DNA of 64,000 bases from Candidatus Methanomethylophilaceae archaeon (GTDB lineage Archaea > Thermoplasmatota > Thermoplasmata > Methanomassiliicoccales > Methanomethylophilaceae). Under the pieces are notes generated by a model, which saw only the letters and a list, made by a program, of their open reading frames with translations, did not search any database and was not told the origin of the DNA. Below are positions 49,325-58,094 of the stretch, in pieces; the stretch's first letter is position 1; every line of letters starts with the position of its first letter. A program made the position numbers and the translations under genes. The stretch is from the NCBI GenBank assembly GCA_944320495.1, contig CALUHR010000002.1:36609-100608 (forward strand). Reading direction: 5' to 3'.

Positions 49325-50557
49325 TCAGTTGGGCCTGTACCTCAGAAGGGCGGCCACGCCTCCGAACGCCTTCAGGAGCATGTCCCCCTCCTCGGAATCG
49401 CCCGAGATCAGCTGCAGGCGGGTGTTGTACGCATCCGCCCTGTTGAAGAAGTCGTCGATCAGGTCCTCGTCCTTCGTGACGGTGGCGGACTGCCCGCACT
49501 CGGGGCACTGGAACTTCTGGTCCGCGTCGGCCACTGTCTTCTCGTGGATGTGCCCGTTGGGGCACTCGAGGGTGATCCTGCGCTTCTTGAGGGAATCCGA
49601 CAGGAGGAGCATGTCCACTGCGCCCATGTCCAGGGCGCTGCGGACCTCGTCCTCTCCGTAGCACGAGAGACCGCCGTCCGCCTTGCGGATCTCGGTGAAG
49701 AGCCTCTGCATGTACACCTTCTCCTGGGTGAGCTGCATGTCCGTGATGATCCCCTGCGCATTCTGGACCAGCTCCCTCAGGCCGGATTCGTCCGTGTAAC
49801 CGGTATCGACCAGCGGGCTGACGACCTTCTTCCTCAGCTCGTGGTGGAGGTACTCCTCCTTGACGAAGAACTCCTTCGTCGCGCCGGGCCCGCCTATCAG
49901 GATGCCCAGGAGCTCCGGGCGGTTGAGGAAGACCTCGGTCGCGTTGTCGGCCACCTTCTTGAAGAACTCGTGGGCCGCGATCTCGATCAGCCTCTCGAAA
50001 CGGACGGACGACTGACCTCCCTGGTGGTGCTTGCTCGGGACGAGCGAGTCGAAGTGCTTCAACACCTGGATCCTGCTCCCCGACAGTATGCCCAGGGTGG
50101 CCTCGGACCTGTCGATGGTGATCAGACCGTAGCATTTCTTGTCCAGGAGCATGGACTCCAGCGGCTCGGTGAAGAATGTGGAGTCGCACCTGTACAGGAA
50201 CGCCGTGATCGGCTCCGGGGGGTTGATGACGTACTGGACCATCTTGGTCTGGTCGCCCGCCCTGGGAACCTCTCCGCAGAAGATGACGACGCCGTTCTCC
50301 GGCGGTGACTTGTAGGTTTTGAGTCGAGCGGCTATCGAATCGATCGCGCTCTGGACGTTCTTCATCGTGGTCTTGGACTTGATGTTGGACGCCTGGGACT
50401 GCTCGTTCCTCAGGTAGGCCATGACGTCGGAGATCTGCTTGGTCTTGGGGACGTAGACGGAGATGAGCTCCGTGCTCCTGCCCCTGTAGTTCTGGATCTC
50501 CTGCATGTCCTTCTTGAAGTCGTACTTCGCCCTGTCCTCGGAGTTCTTGTCTGCCAT
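49325..50557 (-). CDS. prf1: Peptide chain release factor aRF1 (contains in-frame CGA at codon 78)
   Basis: ASNIKS, YRCDSTF, GGQS motifs. Confidence 0.97.
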   Translation of the reverse strand: MADKNSEDRAKYDFKKDMQEIQNYRGRSTELISVYVPKTKQISDVMAYLRNEQSQASNIKSKTTMKNVQSAIDSIAARLKTYKSPPENGVVIFCGEVPRAGDQTKMVQYVINPPEPITAFLYRCDSTFFTEPLESMLLDKKCYGLITIDRSEATLGILSGSRIQVLKHFDSLVPSKHHQGGQSSVRFERLIEIAAHEFFKKVADNATEVFLNRPELLGILIGGPGATKEFFVKEEYLHHELRKKVVSPLVDTGYTDESGLRELVQNAQGIITDMQLTQEKVYMQRLFTEIRKADGGLSCYGEDEVRSALDMGAVDMLLLSDSLKKRRITLECPNGHIHEKTVADADQKFQCPECGQSATVTKDEDLIDDFFNRADAYNTRLQLISGDSEEGDMLLKAFGGVAALLRYRPN

Positions 50558-50697
50558 GGGAATCACCCTTCGGGTTTCTGGTGTCAAATGGGTCAGCCTA
50601 TTAACCTTTGCTCCCTTAATGCGCGCGCATCCGCGCGGAACCGCGCTGGACCAGCAAGTTATTAGTCGGGGTCGGGGATTGCGGGACGGTATATCCC

Positions 50698-51381
50698 ATG
50701 GACAAGGTTGTGGTCTCCGTCGGCGGATCGGTCCTGATCCCCGGTAACAACGATTCCGAGTACATCTCCAGGCTGGCCGGCATGCTCTCCTCCGTCAAGG
50801 ACGAGGTCCAGCTGGCCGTCGTCTGCGGGGGAGGGCGCACCGCCCGCTACTACGCGACCACCGGCCGCGAGCTCGGAGGGGACACATACCAGCTCGACAT
50901 CATGGGGATCGCCGCCACCAGGATCAACGCCCAGCTCCTCGGGGTCGCCCTCGGCGACATGCCGGAGCGCGTGCCCGAGACCGCGGCGGAGACCGCCAGG
51001 GCCTCCGAGCCCGGAAGGATAGTCGTCATGGGAGGGACCGAACCCGGCCATACGACCGACGCCGTCGCCATGATGGTCGCCCGCGAGATGGGGGCGGACC
51101 GCGTGGTGAATGCCACGGCCGTCGATGCCGTGTACACCGCCGACCCCCGCAAGGATCCGAACGCGGAGAAGATACCCAGGATGACCATCGAACGCCTCGG
51201 CGAGCTCGTCTACAAGGAGCACGACGCCTCCGCGTCCAGCGTCTTCGACCCCCTCGGGGTGCAGATAGCCAGGGAGTCCCGCATCGACATTTCGATGGTT
51301 GACGGCAGGAACGTCGAGGAGCTCAGGAAGGCCATCCTCGGACAGCCGTTCGACGGGACCTTCGTGGATTCTCACAACTGA
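50698..51381 (+). CDS. pyrH: Uridylate kinase
   Basis: VVSVGGS, VVCGGG, PGHTTD, DPRKDPNA. Confidence 0.95.
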   Translation: MDKVVVSVGGSVLIPGNNDSEYISRLAGMLSSVKDEVQLAVVCGGGRTARYYATTGRELGGDTYQLDIMGIAATRINAQLLGVALGDMPERVPETAAETARASEPGRIVVMGGTEPGHTTDAVAMMVAREMGADRVVNATAVDAVYTADPRKDPNAEKIPRMTIERLGELVYKEHDASASSVFDPLGVQIARESRIDISMVDGRNVEELRKAILGQPFDGTFVDSHN

Positions 51382-51383
51382 GA

Positions 51384-52217
51384 TCGGAGCGGCTCGAAGT
51401 CCTTCGACTTCACGCACTCGTATCCCAGCGACGCCGCTATGTCCGCGATGCGGTGCTCCTCGGGCCCCTTCATCGACTTGCGGTGGATGTAGACGGAGTC
51501 CGTGGCCGTCGCCTCGCAGGCGTCCCTTATCATCCTGGCTATGTCCTCGTCGCCCCTCCCCTCGAGCTGATAGTTCGGGATCATGTGGCCGAAGTTCACC
51601 CTGCTCGACAGGGCGGCCTCCGTGAACCTTGGGGCGTAGTGTCCCCCTCCGATCCCCACGAGGCTGCGGTACTCGTCGTGCGGCTCCAGGTCGGCGATGA
51701 CATGTGCCAGCACCTCCGCGAGATGCCTGTCTCCCCAGTGGGTCTCGTCACTTCCGATCTCGATGTAGAAGGTCGGCTTCCCGAGCCACGGGCCGTGATG
51801 CGTGACCTCGAAGCATGTCTGGACGGACGGGTCCGAGTTCAGCGCGTGGATTCTCCTGACGGCGTCGGTCATCGCGGCCGGTGCCGATCTCACCAGCGTC
51901 TCCGTCCTCCCGCCGAAATCCGCCTCGTGGTAGTTGCCGATCGGATGGGCGGTCAGCGCCGGGCGTCCGCTCTTGGACGAATGCCTCGACATCACGACCA
52001 CATAGTCCGGGTCCACCCCGAACCTCGCGGCCTCCAGATCCAGGTCCTCATGCCTGATGTGCATGTCCGCTATGCTCATCATCACGTCGTCCTCCCTGCG
52101 CATGTAGGAGGCCCCCTCGGAGGACCCCATGTCCTCCCATCCGCCCTGGGACAGGAGGGACTCCCTCATGTTGACGGACGGGAGGTCCGCCTCGCTGCAT
52201 ACGATGAGCCTGGACAT
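51384..52217 (-). CDS. dtdA: D-aminoacyl-tRNA deacylase (archaeal DTD2 type; end placed at CGA 51384-51386)
   Basis: SRHSS, LTAHPIGN, EVTHHGP, EIGS, GGGHYAP. Confidence 0.9.
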
Positions 52218-52326
52218 GCGGCCTCCATGGCGGCCCCCGTATAAGCGCTTCCCCTCTAAGCTCTTAATTTCTACTGCTGTGGAATGTATTTGGACCGTTT
52301 ATAAACAGGCAGAAGGGGTCCGGTGC

Positions 52327-53496
52327 ATGAACAAGTTCACGCTCGCCGAACGCGCGCTCCTGCACCTGTACCGCTACAGGCACGTGTCCCCGGCGATAGA
52401 GATCGACGCCCCGAGGGAGATGACCCAGACCGGTGTGGCCGAGGCCCTGGGGATCTCCAGGTCGCACGCCTCCCTCATAACCGCCAGGCTGGAGCAGGAG
52501 GGGAAGATCTACGCCGGGAAGTCGCGCATCATAGGCCAGAACCGCGGCGGTGCGAGGAAGATCTACTTCATCACGCCTCTCGGCAGGGAGACCTGCGAGG
52601 AGCTCAGACGCACGATGGAGGCGCAGGGGATAACGGAGGACGACCTCCTCGTGCCGTACAACATCAACTACTGCAGCTCGTCCGCGTTCTGGTCGCTCCC
52701 TCCGGAGGAGAGGGCGGAGCTGGGATGCCTCCTGGTCCTCCGCGTGCCGGTCAGCCGCCGGGACTTCAGGTCCCCGCCGTCCCAGCTCGTGCCGTTCGAC
52801 TTCCGCGGATACCTGGCGATCAAACAGGAGACCCGCAGGTGGTACCTGCAGAGGGCGGACGTCGAGAGCCTGAGGAGCTGGCACAGCGCCGCCGCGGACT
52901 GGTGCATGGACAGGAGGTGCGATCCGAAGGAGAGGCTGTACCACCTCTACAGGTCCGGCCGCAAGCGGGAGGCGGCGCGGCTCGCGTCCTCCCAGAGGTT
53001 CATGCTGATGGACTTCCCCGATTCGGAGACCCGCGACATCGTGTCGGTGCTGGCGGACGAGTTCTCCGACCCGGAGCTGTGCCTCACATCGGCCAGGATG
53101 AGCCTGCGCCTTGGGGAGACCAGGAGCGCGATGTCGCAGCTGGAATCCTCGCGCAACGACCTCGGGACCTCCGGCGACGCGCTTCGCTCGGAGATAATGC
53201 TGGCCGAGGGGGAGACGGCATCCGCCCTCGACGAGGCGCTGGACGCCTACGTCGGCGATGTGGACACGGCGGCCGCGCTCGGGCTCTGCATGGTCGCCAA
53301 CGGGAGGTACGAGGAGGCCCTGACTTATCTCCGCAGATGCAGGGGCGAGATGCGCAGGACCGGCTGCCTGTTCCGCCTTGACGAGATCCTGTCGGTGCAG
53401 GCGAAGGCCCTCAGATGCCTGGGCGCCACGGCGGAGGCGGAGGCCTCCGAGGCCGCGTCCCAGTACTGGCGCAAGGATCCGCTGCACAGGTACCGA
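52327..53496 (+). CDS. Winged-HTH + TPR-like helical protein (end placed at CGA 53494-53496, 389 aa)
   Basis: TQTGVAEALGISRSH...KIYFITPLG wHTH; standard code would run about 300 codons antisense into pheS. Confidence 0.75.
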
Positions 53497-55014
53497 TCAG
53501 AGGCAGGGGTTCGACCTGAGGTGGTCGATGTCCGAGATGTACAGGTCCCTGATGTCCGTGATGCCCCACTTGAGCATCGCCAGCCTCTCGAAGCCGAATC
53601 CCCAGGCCAGGACGGGCGCGTCTACGCCGAACGGCGCGACGACCTCCGGCCTGAATATGCCTGCGCCTCCGAGCTCCATCCACTTGCCGTTGAAGAACAC
53701 CTCGAGCTCGAGGGACGGCTCCGTGTAAGGGAAGTACGCGGGACGGATGCGGATCTGGTCGAAGCCCATCCTCGCGTAGAACTCGCGGATCATCGAGATG
53801 AGCATGTCGAAGTCGGCGTCCTCGTCGATGACGATGCCCTCGATCTGGGTGAACTCGGGCAGATGGGTGGAGTCGATGGACTCCTTCCTGAATATGCGGG
53901 AGATGGAGAACGCCTTCCTGGGCGCGTCGGGATGCTCCGCGATGTAGCGGATGCTGCTCACGGTGCTGTGCGTGCGGAGCAGGGCCATCTCGGCCTTCTC
54001 GCGGGACCATGTGCCTCCCCATCCGGTGGAGCCGGTGTCGCCGCCGTCCTCGTGGATGGCCTTGACCATGGAGACCAGGCGCTCGCCGTCGATGTGTATG
54101 GACGAGGGGTGCTCCAGATAGAACGTGTCCTGAAGGTCCCTGGCGGGATGGTCCTGGGGCGTGTAGAGCACATCCAGGTTCCAGAAGGCGGGCTGGACGT
54201 ACTCGGACTTCATCTCGGTGAATCCCATGTCGGTGAACAGCCTGCGGACCTGCGCCCCGAGGCGGGAGAGCATGTGCTTCTTGGCGGGATACACGGTGGG
54301 GGCGAATGTCTGGATATCGTAGGGCCTGAAGTCGGCCTCCTTCCACTCTCCGCTCTGGATCATGCGGTCTGTGATGTCGGTGACCTGGGGCCTGAGCTCT
54401 ATGCCTGAGGACGCGACCTCCCTGCCCAGGTCCGTGAGGACTATGGACCTCTCGGTGACGACCTTCTCGGCGATCATGCCCTGGCGGCCCTTCAGATCCT
54501 TGATGACCTTGGGGTCCGCCTCGGACTCCGGCACGGGGGCCTCGGCCATCCTGGAGAGGAGCTCCTCGTCGGGCATCCTCGAGCCCAGCATGTCCCTCCC
54601 GGTCTGGGTGAGGGTCATCACCTTCACGCCGTCCTCGGCGCGGATGTCTGCGAGACCCTTCCTCTTGAGCCAGCCGACGGCGATCCTCCCCATGCCCTCG
54701 GGCATGGCGGCCTCCATGTCGGCCATGGGCATGCTGCCGCCGTTGTCCCCTATGATGGTGATGGCGACCCTCTCGGGAAGGCCGACGGAGACGGCCGATT
54801 CATCGGTCAGGACATAGAACCTGTCGGACCTCTCGGATATGGCGGCCAGGCCCTTGGACTCGAGCCATGACGCTGCGCTCATGGCCTCCACCTCGACGGA
54901 GAACGCGCCTCCGGACACCAGGTCCGCGGTTGTCGCCGACCCTCCTCTCTCCTCGAGTGCCAGCAGAAGCCTCTTCTCATTGTGGCTGAGTCCGTCAAGC
55001 AGTGCCTTGTCCAT
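53497..55014 (-). CDS. pheS: Phenylalanyl-tRNA synthetase alpha subunit
   Basis: HPARDLQDTF, STHLPEFTQIEG, YFPYTEPS, GFGFERL; start ATG 55014. Confidence 0.97.
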   Translation of the reverse strand: MDKALLDGLSHNEKRLLLALEERGGSATTADLVSGGAFSVEVEAMSAASWLESKGLAAISERSDRFYVLTDESAVSVGLPERVAITIIGDNGGSMPMADMEAAMPEGMGRIAVGWLKRKGLADIRAEDGVKVMTLTQTGRDMLGSRMPDEELLSRMAEAPVPESEADPKVIKDLKGRQGMIAEKVVTERSIVLTDLGREVASSGIELRPQVTDITDRMIQSGEWKEADFRPYDIQTFAPTVYPAKKHMLSRLGAQVRRLFTDMGFTEMKSEYVQPAFWNLDVLYTPQDHPARDLQDTFYLEHPSSIHIDGERLVSMVKAIHEDGGDTGSTGWGGTWSREKAEMALLRTHSTVSSIRYIAEHPDAPRKAFSISRIFRKESIDSTHLPEFTQIEGIVIDEDADFDMLISMIREFYARMGFDQIRIRPAYFPYTEPSLELEVFFNGKWMELGGAGIFRPEVVAPFGVDAPVLAWGFGFERLAMLKWGITDIRDLYISDIDHLRSNPCL

Positions 55015-55019
55015 CTGAA

Positions 55020-56141
55020 TCACCATTCGAATCCGTCGTAGGTCATGTCGCCGACGATGTCCTTCGCCTTCTCGCGGCGCTCCTGGTGCCCCTCGAGGAA
55101 CACGTTGATCCTCTCGGTTAGGCACATCTTGCACTCGCCGCAGAGGATCTCCCCCTTCCTGCACTTGTCGGCGAGCTCGTTGAGCCTGGCATCGTCCGGC
55201 TCGAAGAGGTAGAAGTTGTACTTGAAAACCGCGCAGACCTCCGGGTTGCCCCCGAGCTTCCTCTGCTCCTCCACGGACACCCTCCCGCCGGTGAACGCGC
55301 GCCCGACCTTCTTCTTGACCGCCTTGGGCGTGTCCGTCGTGTATATGGTCGCGTTCTCGTCGGAGGACGACATCTTGTCCCCGCCGTTCAGTCCGGGGAA
55401 CATCTTGCAGAAGATCAGCGCGGGCTTCGGGTATCCGAGATGCGGGGCGGCGTCCCTGGTGACCCTGAAGTGCGGGTCCTGGTCTATCCCGCAGGGGATG
55501 ACGACGGGGACCGGCCTCCCGGCATCCTCGGAGGGGAGGAAGGCGGGCACCGACTGCATCGTGGTGTAGAAGATAGAGCCGATGTTCGTGGACGCATCGA
55601 AGCCGAAGACCGCCTTGGCCGTGGAGAACGTGGTCCTCTTCGCGACCCTCAGCGCTATCGGGTACATCTTCCCGACGTTCTTGGTGTCCACTATGATCCT
55701 GGTCCTCTTGGGATCGAACCCCAGGGCGACGAAGTCGAGGGCGTTCTCGTACGCCATCCTGCCCGTCTCCTCGAGGGTGAGGTCCTTGAACAGGAACTTC
55801 TCGTCGTCGGTCATCTGGAACAGCATGTCGCAGCCGAAGGTGTCCTGCATCCACTTGTTGAAGATCCAGGGCATCAGGTGTCCGAGATGGGTGTTGCCGG
55901 ACGGTCCCCTGCCGGTGTAGATCGTGAAACGGTTGCCCTTGTCGTACTCGTCGAGGAGCCAGCCCATGTCCCTGTGGGTGTAGAATATCCCGCGTCTGAG
56001 CATGGGGTGGACGTCGCCGTAGCGGGACATCCTGGCTATGAGGGCGTCGTCGATCGGGGTCGTCCCGAACTGCCTCATCAGCTCGTCGTAGTCTATGTCC
56101 CCTGTGACCTCCCAGGGCGTGACCTTGAACTCCTCGGCCAT
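55020..56141 (-). CDS. trpS: Tryptophanyl-tRNA synthetase
   Basis: YTGRGPSG, HLGH, DQDPHF, KMSSS. Confidence 0.97.
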   Translation of the reverse strand: MAEEFKVTPWEVTGDIDYDELMRQFGTTPIDDALIARMSRYGDVHPMLRRGIFYTHRDMGWLLDEYDKGNRFTIYTGRGPSGNTHLGHLMPWIFNKWMQDTFGCDMLFQMTDDEKFLFKDLTLEETGRMAYENALDFVALGFDPKRTRIIVDTKNVGKMYPIALRVAKRTTFSTAKAVFGFDASTNIGSIFYTTMQSVPAFLPSEDAGRPVPVVIPCGIDQDPHFRVTRDAAPHLGYPKPALIFCKMFPGLNGGDKMSSSDENATIYTTDTPKAVKKKVGRAFTGGRVSVEEQRKLGGNPEVCAVFKYNFYLFEPDDARLNELADKCRKGEILCGECKMCLTERINVFLEGHQERREKAKDIVGDMTYDGFEW

Positions 56142-56232
56142 TGCGATTACCTAACCGAGCCATGCGCGCATGCGTCTTAAGCCTTGCTGGGTCCCTGCGA
56201 TGACTATTTTTACGGCACGCGGATGTCCACGC

Positions 56233-56688
56233 ATGTTCAGGATTCTGGGCGAGGACGCCCTCTACATAGACATCGCCGCCACCTTCAAGAGGAGGCTCGG
56301 GGAGCTGGCATCCGCCGATGACGAGAAGGAGAAGGGATTCAGGGAGCTCCTCGACAGGTCGGAGATCCTGTACCTGCTCAACGGCACGACCGAGGAGCAC
56401 ACGTTCTTCATCAGGGTCCCCAAGGAGATCACCCCGGAGGAGATCCAATCCATGGCCGACGCGGTTCTCGCCATCCTCGGCAGGACGGTCGAGGAGACGC
56501 CGCTGATCGACGTCGACGGCATCCGCCAGAAGTATCAGGTCATCATCACGAACTGGGACGAGCCCGAGATCATCGGGAAGAACAAGACCGCCGGCATGTC
56601 TTCCGGAGAGGTGTTCAAGCCCATCTTCAGGTCCCTGGACGCGCCGGGCAGGGCGAACTTCTCGGCGCAGAATCAGTTCTTCCTCTGA
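56233..56688 (+). CDS. Hypothetical protein
   Basis: ORF with host-like codon usage in the gap between trpS and the next gene. Confidence 0.65.
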   Translation: MFRILGEDALYIDIAATFKRRLGELASADDEKEKGFRELLDRSEILYLLNGTTEEHTFFIRVPKEITPEEIQSMADAVLAILGRTVEETPLIDVDGIRQKYQVIITNWDEPEIIGKNKTAGMSSGEVFKPIFRSLDAPGRANFSAQNQFFL

Positions 56689-57722
56689 GGGTCGAAGCAG
56701 GACTCCGCCGGACGCACCGGGGTCCCCGGGACCCCGTCGTTCAGCGGATGCCTGCCGTCCCTTCCGTCGAATCCCGCGTAGAAGTCGACCGGGTGGCCGG
56801 CCGACCATCCCTTGGAGACGTCCTCGACGAACGCCGCCTCGTCGGACATTATGCGGACGGCCAGCGACAGGAACATCAGCGCCACGCAGAAGACCGCGCT
56901 GATCACTATGAGCGAGACCGCGTTCCATCCAGGGTCCGCAGCGTAGAGCAGGATCACGAGTGCCAGCAGCGCCGGGACGGCCATCCTCTTGGCGGTGCCT
57001 ATCAGACCGTCGAACAGCCTGAAGGTCGCTCCCGCGTGCTCTATGCGCACGTCCATCGTCGCGATGGAGAAGCTCAGGAGGGAGGCCGCGGCTATGTACA
57101 TGGACACGGCGACGGCCAGCATGTAGTTGTCCCCGACATCCGAGCGGAAACCGGCGTTGGCGGTGACGAACATCCACAGGAACGCCATGAGGACGAGTGC
57201 GGGGACCATAGACATGAGCCCCTGCCCCAGGGGCGCGCGGTCCCTGACTATGGTGCGGTTCATCCTCATGTTGCGGGCATCCAGACCGGGCGGCACGTCG
57301 AAGAGGAACAGCATCACGCGATCCATGACGGTGGGCGACGGCCTGGTGCGGCCGTGCTCCACGGATTCGAGCACGGTCAGAGCGAACCTCCTGGACGCCA
57401 GGTCCACGGCGGACGCCACGCCGACCGAGCCGATGAGGAGCATGGCCGAGACGGCCCCGAGCCTCCAATCCAGGAGGTACAGGACGACGGATACGGCTGC
57501 CGATATCCCCAGAGGGATCCATCTCCCCCTGACCAGCATGTCCCAGATGCCGAGGACGACGAAGGGCGCGGCGATGGCCGCGGACGACTCGTAGAAATCG
57601 ATGCCGTCGACGACGGAGGGCAGGACGACGGCGAGTATGACCGAGACGAGGATCGAGACCGCGAGGATGACAACGCGGATCCTCCCGTCCCTGTCGAGCA
57701 GTGTGTCTGCGCCGCCCTTCAT
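56673..57722 (-). CDS. Hypothetical multi-pass membrane protein
   Basis: 349-aa ORF with many TM segments; ATGA-coupled to the upstream gene. Confidence 0.7.
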   Translation of the reverse strand: MKGGADTLLDRDGRIRVVILAVSILVSVILAVVLPSVVDGIDFYESSAAIAAPFVVLGIWDMLVRGRWIPLGISAAVSVVLYLLDWRLGAVSAMLLIGSVGVASAVDLASRRFALTVLESVEHGRTRPSPTVMDRVMLFLFDVPPGLDARNMRMNRTIVRDRAPLGQGLMSMVPALVLMAFLWMFVTANAGFRSDVGDNYMLAVAVSMYIAAASLLSFSIATMDVRIEHAGATFRLFDGLIGTAKRMAVPALLALVILLYAADPGWNAVSLIVISAVFCVALMFLSLAVRIMSDEAAFVEDVSKGWSAGHPVDFYAGFDGRDGRHPLNDGVPGTPVRPAESCFDPQRKN

Positions 57723-58057
57723 TCCTTATCAGTCCACGCCTCGACGGTGACGGAAGCCTTGTCCCCGCGGAACACTCCGAGGAGGATTCCCATGCTGCGG
57801 GACTTGCCGGTCTCGAAGGGGCCGAACGTAGCCTCCAGGACGCCCTCCTTGTGGCACGCCGAGGAGCGGTCCTCCCTGGCGATCACCACATCGACCGGAT
57901 GGTCCGAGCTGATCCTGACCCTCAGCATGCGCCGGGGTTTCACATCGAGAGCGATCGGGACGACGTTCCTGTAGCATCCGTCGACCGTGATGTCGAAATC
58001 GCCGACAGAAACGGTCTCCGGACCGAACACTGTCTCCCTACCGCCGAACATTGGCAT
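57719..58057 (-). CDS. Hypothetical beta-rich protein
   Basis: 112-aa ORF co-oriented within the operon. Confidence 0.6.
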   Translation of the reverse strand: MPMFGGRETVFGPETVSVGDFDITVDGCYRNVVPIALDVKPRRMLRVRISSDHPVDVVIAREDRSSACHKEGVLEATFGPFETGKSRSMGILLGVFRGDKASVTVEAWTDKE

Positions 58058-58094
58058 CCCTGCATCCGGAAGACCGTGCCAGGATAAAACTGCT

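Noticed and set aside
10315-53496. Random sequencing error or independent stop-loss mutations as the explanation for terminal CGAs
   Set aside because: It would need the same T>C change at eight stop codons while CGA stays absent internally. It cannot be fully excluded without reads.
53497-57522. 1341-aa ORF
   Set aside because: Only 53497-55014 is PheS. The rest is an off-frame open stretch over trpS and neighbours, typical of high-GC DNA.
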